From Felis catus (lineage: Eukaryota), in the NCBI RefSeq assembly GCF_018350175.1, contig NC_058368.1:236656001-236720000 (forward strand): 64,000 bases of DNA, given 5' to 3'. How positions within the stretch are numbered: the first letter of the stretch is position 1; the number at the start of each line of letters is the position of its first letter. Both the position numbers and the translations under genes were made by a program. The notes below the pieces were generated by a model. It had not been told where the DNA came from, did no database searches, and worked only from the letters and a program-made list of their open reading frames with translations. Shown piece by piece: positions 12,013 to 24,569 of this stretch.

Positions 12013-12289
12013 TCCATGGAAATTTTTTTTTTAATGATGAGTTAATACATAGGGAAGAAATTTCATTGACTTTCTTGTGGTTGCATGTAAAAAGTCAAAG
12101 CTTATATCTAATAAATCTTATGTGGAGTAAATTTGGAAAAGAATGCCCGGCTTTGGGGAAACTTGGACTCTTAAATATTATTTAAAGCAATAAATAGGAA
12201 GAATGAAAGATGAGTGTTAATGTGGCCCCACTGCAATGTGGACACAGCACACCGTCTGCATAGCCCTTGCCTGTAGAATGATAATTAAC

Positions 12290-12445
12290 CTCATACCATA
12301 ACGTGACAGGCGGTAAGTCCTCTAAGACCCTGCTCCCCCAGCTTGCTGCCCAGGTGGTTCCCTCCTTACCCTTACTGCATTCACTTGGAAAATGGAGGGC
12401 CCTGGTGAGATCCTGTCTAAGCCTCCTTGAACTTCTAGAATGATC
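12290..12445 (+). mobile_element. MIR/MIR3-like remnant
   Basis: 'cacttggaaaatggagggccctggtgagatcctgtctaagcctccttgaacttctagaatgatc'. Confidence 0.4.
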
Positions 12446-13295
12446 ACGTTCCAGTAACTGTGGGGTCTGCCCCCAGCACCTCGGCGGGGGGATCCCTCCC
12501 TTCTGATCTGGGCTCTGACTGCTTACCCAGCAGGCAGTGACAAACTCCCCAGAGAATTGTGGCTCAGACCTTCCAAGGATAACTCCACACAGAATGCTTT
12601 ATCTGAGTCAGAGTTTCTAAGCACACAAATCAGACGTTGCCAGTTTTCTCCTGTGGCCTCTGTTGATGGCAAGTCCCCATCAGAGAATGGACGGGGGTTG
12701 TCCTACGGCTTGTTCCTGGATTCCCATAGACAGTCTGTCCTGGTCTGTATTTGCAAATCCGTGTACTCACTTAAAGTTCCTTTTATCCCCGAAACCAATG
12801 CCCATGGGGCCTTCTGGTCATTTGCAGGTGGGAGGCTGTGCAGAGCCGGGAGACGGCGACTCACGCCTTGCCAGCTGAGGATGAACACGTGAAGCCCCTT
12901 CCTGTGTCGGCTGGGGTGGCTAAGAGATGGCCCTTCACAGTCTTTTTGCTGCAAGTCTTTAACCTGTTTTTGTATGAATCAGCCCACAGTAGGTACTAAA
13001 CAAAGTCAGACGGCGATGCACTGAAAACAAGGTCGTGTCCTGGCTGGTTGACGACAATGCTGTGACCAGAGGCTGGCAGGAACCCAGCCCTGCTTCCCCA
13101 GGGCCAGGGGCCCGCGATGCCTAACTCGGCGTCCACGGGGACGTCGCAGGGCACAACCACCATGAGGAACGGAAACCATCTGTAGCTCTTCAGTGTCCTT
13201 CATCTCTGTCACCTCCACTTCCTGGGCCTCTTCCTTTCTGTGTGATCCTACTGCTTCGTTCAGGGTCTCCACGGTTTCAAACAGCCTCTGACACA

Positions 13296-13462
13296 TAGTA
13301 GATGCTCAGCCAATCGTGGATAGTAGGTGCTCGGTTAATCATGGGTAGTAGGTGCTCAGTCAATCATGGGTAGTAGGTGCTCAGTCAGTCATGGGTAGTG
13401 GGTGCTCACTTAATCACGGGTAGAACGTGCTCATGGGTAGTGGGTGCTTAGTTAATCATGGG
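13296..13462 (+). repeat. 25-bp minisatellite, 7 units (one internally deleted)
   Basis: Consensus tagtaggtgctcagtcaatcatggg; units start at 13296, 13321, 13346, 13371, 13396, 13421 (17 bp) and 13438. Confidence 0.95.
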
Positions 13463-14299
13463 CTTTCTAGCACCCCCAGCAAACCAAAACTGAAAACTAC
13501 TCCTGTATTCTACATTCTAAAAACATGCAAAAGGAAGACAGAGGAACTTTTGAAATTCACTTCTCTCTCTTCACCAGGAAGGCCCACATGCCCTTCTAGT
13601 CCGCTGGGCTTGGTTTGCACGGGTGCACATGGCTTCTGGATTTTTGAAAGGTAAGATAATGCCCCAGGCTTACTTATGAGTGAGAGATGTGAAATCTGCA
13701 GAAATCTGCAGAAACACACTTTACTGGGTTTCTGAGTTATTTCCAACGTGATTCTTTGCCGCATTAGGATTCTTAGGTCGTTTCTACTACACAACCAAGA
13801 CGCCATTCAGAAAAAGAAGCACCAGGATGTGAAAAAAGACGTGCAGTTGACGACATCGACTGTCCTAGAAACTTTGCCTCAAGGAGGAAACCTGGCACAC
13901 TCGGGCACCTTGGGGAGCACACGGTGTCTTTCCCCCTCGCCCGACAACTGCCCCTCCATGCATTTGCCAGGAGACTGAGTGTCCTGCTCCCGACTAATGT
14001 TGGACCTGCCCACGTGCCCCATATGGCCAGTGGCATGCAGGCTGGAGCGACAGGGCCGATGAACAGCCTCTCTTGACCCTCTGTCTCCCTGATGAGGATC
14101 CCAGAGAAGAGCGTGCCCAGCCACGAGCCCTGAATCCTGGGCCCAGGAGTGAAGGCACTGAGGCGTACCTGAACCCACCAGTGCCCAGCCTGTGGACCCG
14201 TCCAACCACTGCCAGCCTGCAGACTGCTAGGGCAGGGGTAAGTGTGGTTGTGAAGTGTGGAGCCCTGCGGTTTTCTGGTACCCGATAGTCATGCAGCCC

Positions 14300-14830
14300 A
14301 AATCGACCAATCCAGCCACTGTGGAAATATTATGGCATGTTCTATTAAAATTACAACTGCACATTCCTTATAACCCAGTGGTTCCATTTTGGCTATATTA
14401 CAGAAATAGCCGTATCTATACCAACTGAAAACAACATATAAAAAATGATTGAATAGTCAGCTATAAGAGAAGGGTAAATGCAGGCTAATATATTCATAAG
14501 ATGAAAGGATACATGAGATGCATGTTAGGAATATGGAAAGATCTTTGAAAACACATCACTGTATGCAAAAAACAAACTGCAGAGCCATAAATATGGTGTA
14601 ATACTGTTTGTGTTTAAAAAATGCAAATCAATACTCTAAATTTTTAATGAATGTGTGTTTAAAAGCATTAAAAATCATGTGGAAAGATACAAATTCCCAG
14701 CTGCATTTACATGTGGGGAAAGGTAGAAATCGCCATATTTAAGGGAGAGGTCCGAGAGAATGGAAAATTTCTCTGACGTTCTGATTTCTCCAAAGATAAT
14801 AATATTCATATGTTAATTATGTATCTCTTC
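14300..14830 (+). mobile_element. Ancient L1 (L1ME-type) 3' fragment
   Basis: 'cagccactgtggaaatattatggca...cacattccttataacccagtggttccatttt...atatggaaagatc...ggaaagatac'. Confidence 0.65.
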
Positions 14831-14927
14831 TCTGTATGTTTGTGTGCGTGTGTGTGTACGTGTGTAGAAAACTGGAAATAATTATGCCCAAATCCTATCA
14901 CTATTTAATTTTCTGAGGTAGAAACTC

Positions 14928-14954
14928 AGATGATAAATGATAGGTGGATAGATG

Positions 14955-14989
<35 letters not shown>

Positions 14990-15229
14990 AATAGATTGAT
15001 GATAGATAGATAGATAGATAGATACACAGGTGGTAGATAACAGATGGATAGAAAATAGATGATAGATAGATAAATAGATTGATGATAGATAACAGATAAA
15101 TAGATGGATAGATATATAGATAATAGATGGATAGATGGTAGATAGATAGTAGATAATGGATAGATAATAGATAGATGATAGATATAGGTAGATAGAAAAT
15201 AGGCAGGCAATAGACAGGTGATGGATGGG
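14928..15229 (+). repeat. Degenerate (GATA)n repeat
   Basis: Directly visible. Confidence 0.97.
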
Positions 15230-15317
15230 TTGTAATCTCTGGCCAGCAGCACCCCTAGCCCACATCTCTCCCACAACAGCGCATCTTGAAGTGAGCAAGC
15301 GAAGAGGGAGGGTGCCA

Positions 15318-15745
15318 ACACTTCCTTGTAGGAGTGAATACACTTGGTCCCATATGGCTTGGGAACAGCACACTTCCTTGCCTACAGAACAATCCAGAAA
15401 AGAGTAAGAGAAGGGTGATGCGCCGCGAACCTGTGGAGAGACGCTCCTGAGGAGGGGCGCAGGGCCGGGGGCTGGGGCGCACTCCGGCTGGCCGCTGCAG
15501 GACCGCCTTCGTAAGTGAGGGCAGACGGGGCAGGGAGGTGCAGGAGCCGCGCTCTAGGACGTTCTCTCTTCAGTGAACTCCAGGCAGAGCTGAGATTGGC
15601 CACCTCCGTGCAGGCAGGAGGGACACAGGGCTTCCCCGGAAGGGCCCCGGGATCCCCAAGCTGCCCTGAGCCTGGGGGACCCATGCTCTCTCTGGCTTTC
15701 CTCACTCTCCCGCTGCTGCCTCGACTTTGGAGCTGCCGGGTTGGG
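15318..15745 (+). promoter_or_regulatory. CpG-rich promoter-like element with candidate first-exon splice donor
   Basis: About 21 CpG in 15421-15740; G-run cluster at 15454-15477; duplicated ETS-type acacttccttg at 15318 and 15370; TTC|GTAAGT donor at 15511. Confidence 0.45.
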
Positions 15746-18314
15746 GGCAGGAAGTATTTAATACTAATGGAGATCACCAAGTATTACTATTCCTCTTATT
15801 AGCAGATGCTATTATTAGTAGGGAATATAAGTCTTATATGTTAAACTAGCACATACTTTGACTTATTATAAATATACAATATTAATAACTATTAAATAAT
15901 ACAAGTTAAACAACTTTGAGTTTTCTAGTGTTTGCTCTAAAAGAAACATGTTAATGGCCTTTTCAAGTCTGAAAGGCTTCCCTTCCTCTACTTCCCCAAT
16001 ATTTGTGTTACAGGATAAAGACAAAGGACATTCATTTCCGTCCCAAATTATGGAAATTTGACTTTTTTTTGTTTTTATAACATAACCTTTGCATACTTAA
16101 CTTTTTTCCTCCAGTTTATTTGGATAAAAAGTTCTGGAGGAAGAGAATATTTTACCATGCACGTTACCCACTGTGAAAGTTACAAATAGGAAATTTTTGG
16201 GCATCTAATAAACATTTGTTCATGCGTCTCATGCTTCTATGTTCAAAATCGAGGGGAAAGCTCAATGAAATGAGTTAAATACTGTGTTATATGGTTTATT
16301 CCTAAATTACTTAGCAATTTCTGGCAGGTCAGTGTGTTCAAGTCCTTCCAGAAATCAAGCTGTTTACCAGTGCTTGGAAAGAGAGATTAGGAGATATTAC
16401 ATGCTGTGATATTTATGCTGTAGAGGTAACACATATTATAGGCTATTTGTGCCATTTAATTCAAAGGTAGACTGGTTCAGCTCAAATTCAGAGTCAAGTC
16501 ACTCAGATACGCACAGCTCTGTGCTAAGTGTTTTCACCTGAGGGAAGGAAGCCCTTTCTAAAGATCCAATCATGATATTGTGACCTCAAATTCACAGTCT
16601 GTTGAAGACAGCCCAAAACAATGATGCCTCGAAAGACCTCCTAGGGTCTGTTCTCATGACGGTGACATTTCAGTTTGGGGGAAAAGCACACCACAACACA
16701 GTTGGAATGGGGTCCATCGAAGTTTCTACGGTAGGCTTTCTGAGGCATCCCTCTGGCCTCCGCAGGACGGGCAGAGACAAGGTAGTGATGGCGGCCTGGA
16801 GTTTTCCCGAACACAACCATGTAGGAAGGATGAGAATAAACTCTTAACTCCAATTAGGATTATACTCATGGCCAACCTTCCACTCCAACATGTCAGAAGC
16901 TCATTTTGAATGGAATTAATTATTCAAAGGCGATTGTTTCCCTACATAGTGATTTAGCTGCAGTCTAGGATGGGGTAAAAATCTGGAAAATGTTTTTGTC
17001 CCCATGGAAGAATATCATTTCATCCAAATAAAACATATGGTCTGATGCCAGCCTGAATCTTAAACCGTTTCCATTTTAATTTTTAAAAGTGTCAAAAAAA
17101 ATGTCAGAGTGCTTTAATGAAATGAAAGGCAGTGAAGATCCTTTTCCCAAGGTCTTACAGTGAAACACAGGGATGAAACCATACGTGGAGCCTCTTTTCC
17201 ATCTCGACTCCAGGGCTAGAAAAGACCTGCCCTTGATCGTGAGGTTTTAGACGTGAAAGACTTTGAATCTCTCCAAGCCCAAGATGAGCGCAGAATACTA
17301 ATGTGGATCCACATGACACACCAGAGAAGTAAGTCCTTTATTTTAAACTGTTACTGGCCCATTTTTCTCCAGGTCCCTATTACACGTTCACCAGAGAAAG
17401 GAGAGCTACGCCTCCTGCGTCCGGGCAGCTCTTACGAAATAAGCTGTCGTGTGCGTGTGTAACTGCCTACTCCCCGAGGGAACCTGCTCTGCCTTTGTAA
17501 GGACACATCTAATCGAATGCTGCCTTGAAAGCGTTTGTTATGGGGTCATTAGACATATCTCGCCTTTTTGCTTGAATGTGATGAGTCGGGGTGTGGCCTT
17601 TTCCTCCCAACTTTCTTATAACTCAGTCCTACTCAGGGAAAGTGTAGGGAGAGGAAACGAGGAACTTGCTGTGGGTTGGAGCCCACGTCACTGGACAACA
17701 CACACACCGTGGGGGTGCCGGTAACTTCCCCAGGCTCCTTCGTAGTTGGGCCCCCCAAGTGAGAGCTCTGGGACGCGAGTCATTCCTCAAGAAGCAATCA
17801 CGGGGGTGGGGTGTGGATTCAGCCCGCGGCTCAGGGAATGCGTTTGGAAATTGTTTCTCACCACAGCAGAGCTCGACGGAGCCCAGAACCAAACCCCCTC
17901 TCTTCTTGGCAAAAGGTCCCCTTGACTTCCATGTTGGGCGAAGGCAAACCTCAGCAGGCATTCGAGATGAGAGTCTGAGCCCTTCAACCCCTCAACCCCT
18001 CCTCCCCCAGGCCCCAGGGTTCTGGGGAGCAGAGCTGACCTCCCAGGCATCCCTCCTGGGCCCCCACCCCACACTTGGCCAGAGCCCCGCCTCCCAGCCC
18101 GTGCTTCCCACTCAGCCCCACCTGCAGGGCCCTCCCTGTCTTCCTCACGTCCTGGTGCCCCCAACACGTTTAGGGGTCACACGCATCAGATCCTCTTTGG
18201 AGCCTCTAGAATGAACCCTCCTAAGACCTGGCCTTTCTGGGCTCTCTTCTCTTACAGCCCAACACCTCTGCTGTGCTCCAAAGGGCTTATTAACCATAAG
18301 TCACCATAAGTCAC

Positions 18315-18430
18315 TCAGGGAGGGCACTTTCCAAACACTTTCAGGCACCTTTCCACTAGTCCTTGAAAGAGCCCTGGGCCCAGAGGCGGCAGAGAATTAA
18401 AACCCTCACTGTGAATGCAGACACTGAATG
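18315..18430 (-). mobile_element. MIR remnant
   Basis: 'gcactttccaaacac...tagtccttgaaagagccctg...aattaaaaccctcactgtgaatgcagacactga'. Confidence 0.4.
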
Positions 18431-18651
18431 ATCACGTCCAATTCACGCCTCCCCGTCTCCTCCTGACAAAATCCTCCTGCTTCCTGAATTTACTGAAGTG
18501 GACCGGGCAGGTGGAACAGTGGCCCTGAGACGGCTCCCAGGGGATGGCAGCCAACAACCCATGACAGCATCCCCACCGCCACCCGGTTGTGCCTCCCTCC
18601 GAATCAGACAAGTGCATTGGTATTATTTCATACTTAAGAAGCATTGATCTC

Positions 18652-18852
18652 GGGGTGCCTGGGTGGCTCCGTCGGTTGAGCGTCCGACTTCAGTTCAGGT
18701 CGTGATCTCACGCTTCATGAGTTCAAACCCCGTGTTGGGCTCTCTGCTGTCAGTGTGGAGCCTACTTCAGATTCTCTGTCTCCCTCCTTCTCTGTCCCTG
18801 CCCCGCTCACCCTCTCTCTCTCAAAACTGAATAAATATTTAAAAAATAAATA
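18652..18852 (+). mobile_element. CAN-SINE, older host copy; tail resumes at ~19086-19107
   Basis: Head ggggtgcctgggtggctccgtcgg; TSD aagaagcattRatctc at 18636-18651 and 19108-19123. Confidence 0.95.
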
Positions 18853-19073
18853 GGGGCGCCTGGGTGGCGCAGTCGGTTAAGCGTCCGACTTCAGCCAGGT
18901 CACGATCTTGCGGTCCGGGAGTTCGAGCCCCACGTCAGGCTCTGGGCTGATGGCTCAGAGCCTGGAGCCTGTTTCCGATTCTGTGTCTCCCTCTCTCTCT
19001 GACCCTCCCCCGTTCATGCTCTGTCTCTCTCTGTCCCCAAAAAATAAATAAACGTTGAAAAACAATAAAAAAT
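18853..19073 (+). mobile_element. CAN-SINE, young SINEC_Fc-type, nested in the tail of the previous SINE
   Basis: Head ggggcgcctgggtggcgcagtcggttaagcgtccgacttcagccagg; flanking aaaaaataaata at 18841-18852 and 19074-19085. Confidence 0.97.
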
Positions 19074-19339
19074 AAAAAATAAATAAATGAGAATCTGCTC
19101 TCAAATAAAGAAGCATTAATCTCAGATCGTTTACATCGTTTTACTATCCTATAAAAGATACTGAAATCTCTCTTCATTTCACAGCATTCCTAGAAACAAG
19201 GATCGAGTTTATAAGGATGCCATAGCAGCACACATGAGGCTTCAGAAAACTCTTATGTATAATTCTCTTAACAATGGAGAAATAGAGATGAAACTCATCT
19301 CCTGGATTTGTGCTTAGAACACTGATTTTGTTTCCAAGT

Positions 19340-19700
19340 ATAATATTCATGGTTGAATATTTAGAAATACAAAAAAAAAAAAAAAACCAACCTATAGGAC
19401 AAATACTAATTTTACCCTTAGTCTCTCTACTCAGAGGGTTTTAACATCTTGAGGGATAATTTCCTCTCTCTCCTTCCACATTTATTTTTCAAACGAGATT
19501 TTAAATCATACTACATGTAGATTTTTTTTCATTTAATATACCGTAATCCTTTCACAGCAATATCAAACTATTTAGTGTTCTCCTTTGAATGGCTATGTAA
19601 CAATCCATATTATGGGTAGAAGACTGGTTTATGTAACCGTTGCTACTGTGTTGGCCATATCTCTATCATTAAAATATATTAAATATCTTTGTTTTTAATT
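19340..19700 (-). mobile_element. Ancient L1 (L1ME-type) 3' fragment
   Basis: 'atcatactacat...tttttttcatttaatatac...ttgaatggctatgtaacaatccatattatggg...tttatgtaacc'. Confidence 0.55.
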
Positions 19701-20449
19701 CTACTCTTCAACTAAATTCCAGGATATGTATTTATTTATATTCTGTAACATGAATACTTCCCTTGAAAAAGAAACAAAACCCTCCACATAAAACATCTGC
19801 ACAATGAGTTAACATAAAGATTAAAAACAGATCAGAATTTACATAACTGCATACAGAACCCGGATGTGACTGATGGTGGCTATTGAACCTATATTCACGG
19901 ATTACATAAATTTTAGATAATAAACATGAATAACAAAAATGAGCAGTATTTTCAAGTCAGTCCTTCAGAAGACGTAAAACACTGTGATTAAGAAGACAGG
20001 CAGATGAACACCTCGATCACATAGATGGTTGTCATGTCTGCTAACATTTCAAGATCGCCATCCAACAACAAGCCAGCATGGAGGGGCTAACCTTGGTCAA
20101 GGTCTTCAAATACCAGAGAACATTGTGAACCCGGAAATGTGAATGAATTGAGGAGTGCCTGAGTGTTAATTCACTTAATATTATTTAATTAAAAAAAAAA
20201 AAACAACTCATAAGCTGGGTGAGGTGCTAACAAAACCACATGTTCAATCACAGGTACAATAGTGTCTGTAACTCTGCGGTCACGTCTCCCGGATCCGTCA
20301 AAGATAGTGTTTAAGAATCCAGCTTTAGCTTATGTACCCAGCCACTACCCAAGGGAGGATGGGTTAATGGGAAGAATGGCCATAAATGACGGTCTGGGAA
20401 GCAGGCCACATGCAAAACCACGGACGCCAGGAGCAAGGCGGTCCTCCTA

Positions 20450-20660
20450 AGCCAAAATCCGACTATTACTGTAGCCTCAGGAAGGCACTTAACCTCCCGT
20501 GCCTCACCTCCATCAGCAAGTGGAGGGAGTGGTGATAAGAGCCAGGCTCTTGTCGCACAAAGGCGTGATTTGGATTTCAGAGTTAGCATGTGAGAACCTT
20601 TGATAAAAGGCAATGTGTGAACACATTGTTGAATGCTGTCTGAGAAATGGCATTACTGTA
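20450..20660 (+). mobile_element. MIR remnant
   Basis: MIR core 'ctgtagcctcaggaaggcacttaacctcccgtgcctcacctccatcagcaagtggagg'. Confidence 0.5.
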
Positions 20661-21013
20661 ATCCTGAGCACTTGTAATTGCGGGATCCAGGGTAACTAAA
20701 TACACCTTTCTGTGCTTTTTTTTTTCTCCCAAGGATTTATTTCCATTTACTTGGTTAAATGATCTGATACTGATGAGGTGTTCTGTTGCCAGTTTTATTT
20801 TAAAGCACACTCTTCTGGCTTTCTTTAAAAACAGAAAATATCATTAAAATCTCGTTTAGGAATAATAGAATTCCCCTACAATAGAGTCGGAACAGTTGGT
20901 GTAAGGAATATACACAAAGTAATTTTTAAATGAATTCAGTCAGTGTGCAATTATATTCTTGCTATACTTTATTTTCCACATCTCACCACATTTTACCAAA
21001 ACTTGTAGATGAT

Positions 21014-21218
21014 GGGGCGCCCGGGTGGTTCAGTCGGTTAATCGTCCAACCTCAGCTCAGGTCATGATCTCATGATCCGTGAGTTCAAACCCCAGGTCAG
21101 GCTCTGTGCTGACAGCTCAGAGCCTGGAGCCTGCCTTGGATTCTGTGTCTCCCTCTCTCCACCCCTCCTCTGCTCGTACTCTGTCTCTCAAAAATAAACA
21201 TTACATTTTTTTTAAATC
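21014..21218 (+). mobile_element. CAN-SINE
   Basis: Full length; TSD cttgtagatgatgg at 21002 and 21219. Confidence 0.96.
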
Positions 21219-21357
21219 CTTGTAGATGATGGTATTAAAGCTGATGAAAAGGAACTGCACAGCCCTGTTGGTTGCAGAAATCAAACTGATATCTTATTTC
21301 TCTATAAAGAGAGATTATGAAATAGGTTACTAAAAATAATCATCTGGCAGTAGGAAG

Positions 21358-21359
<2 letters not shown>

Positions 21360-21402
<43 letters not shown>
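21360..21402 (+). repeat. (CA)n microsatellite
   Basis: About 21 perfect units. Confidence 0.98.
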
Positions 21403-21404
<2 letters not shown>

Positions 21405-23147
21405 TACTCCAAGCATCAATAAACCTTGTTGGAAATGTTGGGCTGATATTCTTGTTAAGCCCAAGAAAGTTTGTACAAAAGAATATAATTTTCTTAAGTT
21501 TACTGCTCAGTCGACTTGAGAAATCTGTGAAAATATCCTTCGTGGGAAAAGCATGGCAGTTTCCTCTGTGCGTTGATGTGCGCACTGTCCCGATAGCTGG
21601 AGAGATTGCTGAGTGTGACTCAGGCCGGCCAAATGACTTTTGAAAACTAGAGATACATTTCATGTTTTTACACTCTGGGCACACGCATACACTCACACTC
21701 ATGCGCGCATACACACACAGGCAGCCCCTTACCTCTGTGCATCTACGGCATTTTCCCATTACGAGTTGGATTTGCAAAGTCATTTCATCCCGAGGCAAAG
21801 ATACATTGCGTAATAACACAAGTTTGATACCAAATTTATTACAAACACTCTTTGCTTCGTATGAGGTATGTCTTCGTGTGCCACGATTATTCTTTCAAAG
21901 TGTCTGGTGTTCTGCATATGTGGAGCCTCCGAAGGTTAAGTAGGAGAACATGTGGTTCACAGGAACATTCCACCACAACCATGAAGGATATAGAAGAATT
22001 CAGCATGTTCGAAAGAAAGCATAATTGGAACTTGAAACTGTAGAAGCCTACAGTCTACGATAGTGGGTCTGGTGGAGGTCACACCTAATAACATATTAGG
22101 GAAATCAAGAACTCCTTATCATTGCTACATTACATTTGGGAGATGACTTTGAACATCAGCAGTTACACTGTCTGTTTTTTTCATCTCACATTTGAAAATA
22201 AGGTTGACCTGATTCCCAGGAGTGCTGTGGAGCATTAACTCAGTAACTTTGATACACTTTAATAATCTCCAAGTGCTTGGCTTCAAGTGTAAAATAGGAG
22301 ATATGTTATCAAAATAATTACACAATTTTAGAAATTTTGCCAGTCTGCTTGACCAAACAAAATATAAGCAAAATACTTGACTTAGCTTCATGTGATACAA
22401 ATATCTCCCTTCACGTCGGCTGTGTCTATATGATCTTAATTTCAATGTTCATTTGAATACTAGATTTAAATTTTCTCAAAAAATTTTTTTCAATACCGGT
22501 ATCAGTGGGAACCATTTTCTTATAGGGAGGTCCATCTAATTGGGTCAAACTCCTATTTCTCTGCCTAATGGGAAATGTTTTTTCTGCCAGAGATTTGTGC
22601 AGAGTTCTTCTGGATTATGACCCTGATGAATCGTCCTCTCAACTCCTGCCTGGATGCATTCATGCCTGGCCCACGCTGCCCGCCAGCCCACTGAGCTGGG
22701 TTTCCTCAGGAACACTGAGCCCACAGGTGTTTGTGTGCTTGGAGCCTTTGCCTGAGCCACAAGATAGTGGGGCCACAGAAGCATTGGCCACCGCCCCTGG
22801 GTTGTCGGCTCTCTGTACAGCCCCATCTCCAGGACTAATGCTGAGCCCCCCAGAACTGCCCATCTTCCTTTCTTCTTTTCCCTTTCCTACTCCAAATTTC
22901 TACTTATTCCCTACATGTGGAGACTTGTTAGCTCTTTTCTCTCCTTTTTCCTACCCAGAGAGCCCAGTAAGACATGTTACCAAAAAATGGCCATGGCCTT
23001 GAGAAGGAAAATCACGTCGCTCCCTTAGGAGCAGGGAGAGGCTACCATCAGTTGTAATTCTAGCCAGCATTTAAGAGAAGACTAATATTTTAAAATAAAC
23101 AATTCAACAATTTATACTTTAAACTGTGAATAGAAAGGATGAATTTT

Positions 23148-23361
23148 GGGGCGCACCTGGGTGGCTCAGTCAGTTAAGCATCTGACTTCAGCTCAGGTCA
23201 TGATCTCACGGTCCGTAGGTTCAAGCCCCGAGTCGGGCTCTGTGCTGACAGATCGGAGCCTGGAGCCTGCTTTGGATTCTGTGCCTCCCTCTTTCTCTGT
23301 GCCTCCCCCACTCACACTCTGTCTCTCAAAAATAAATAAAAATGTTAAAATTTATTTTAAA
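23148..23361 (+). mobile_element. CAN-SINE
   Basis: Full length; TSD aaaggatgaaKttt. Confidence 0.96.
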
Positions 23362-23519
23362 AAAGGATGAAGTTTGGAAATCAAAATCTATATTTCTTTT
23401 CCATGCTTTGCCCATAAGGCCATAATTCCACTGTAAATATTCTGACTCCATTTGTCCTTTTTCTGTCAAGATACCTGCTTCTCTCACTCAGACCCTGTGC
23501 TTTCTCTTGGAACTGATTT

Positions 23520-23726
23520 AATTTTTTTTTGATGTTTATTTATTAAGAGAAAGAGACAGAGCATGAGTGGGAAAGGGGCAAAGAGAGGGAGACACAGAAT
23601 CCAAAGCAGGCTCCAGAGTCTGAGATGTCAGCACAGAGCCCAATGCTGGGCTCGAACTCACGAGTGGTGAGATCATGACCTGACCTGAAGTCGGACGCTT
23701 CACTGAGTGAGTTACCCAGTTACCCC
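23520..23726 (-). mobile_element. CAN-SINE
   Basis: Full length; tggaactgattt at 23508 and 23732. Confidence 0.95.
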
Positions 23727-24367
23727 AGTCGTGGAACTGATTTTGAAGGCCAGCCTACATAGGTTGTTCTGCATTTTCCTCTTGAGTCTACCAGGTACAA
23801 ATAGAAGGGTGGTGACTTGTAACCTTGTCATCTAACAGGACCCTTCCCCCAGGATTTATGGGACTGTATCTGCCATGGGGTAACCTTTGTACCAGCTGTA
23901 GAGTGGATTCAGCAAAAGTGACATCATTATGAGTGCTGTATACACTGTCTCCAGTTTACTCTGTCCCTCCAGGCTCCTCCTGCCTCACCGAGATGTGAGA
24001 CTATCACACATCGTTCAGTTATCACACAATCTGAAGAAAATCTCACTGAAGTTAATTGGTCAAAAAGAAAATCAAAGAAGAAGCCAAAATTATGGAGCCT
24101 CGAGGGTAGATGATGTTGGCCAATAACTGTGTCAATTAGATGGACTGATGCCAAAACTTCACTTAGTCATTGGAAGAAAGATAGGGATCCTTCCTGCAGA
24201 TCATTGGCCCTTCCCATAGATCATGGCCCGTTCCATAGATTGACTTTATTGTTATGAATGACTTAATGATTGATTGGTGTGGTATCATTTTCCTTTTTGT
24301 AGACACTAGGTATTAGCAACGCCCAAACCAAAGTATTAACTTATGTACAAGGTCATCATCCTATCTC

Positions 24368-24569
24368 ATTTTTTAAATTTATTTATTTATTTTTGGGGGG
24401 AAGAGGCAGAGAGACAGGTAGAGAGAGAGAGAGAGAGAGAGGGAGGGAGGGAGAATCTCAAGCAGGCTCCCCAATGCCACAGAGCACGACACAGGGCTCG
24501 ATCACGCAAACCATGAGAACATGAGCCAAAATTAGGAGTCAGATGCTTAATTGAGCCACCCAGGTGCCC
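24368..24569 (-). mobile_element. CAN-SINE, diverged
   Basis: T tail, (GA)n, 'gagaatctcaagcaggctcc', ends gagccacccaggtgccc. Confidence 0.92.

Noticed and set aside
13296..13462. CRISPR-like regular repeat
   Set aside because: Head-to-tail units with no unique spacers, no cas genes, mammalian context
17373..17462. Peptide LRPGSSYEISCRV resembling a fibronectin type III motif after a strong acceptor
   Set aside because: Stop codon follows within a few codons and no other FN3 residues or exons are seen; likely chance
17666..18214. 182-aa Pro-rich ORF
   Set aside because: Product of C-rich, stop-poor sequence; no recognisable homology
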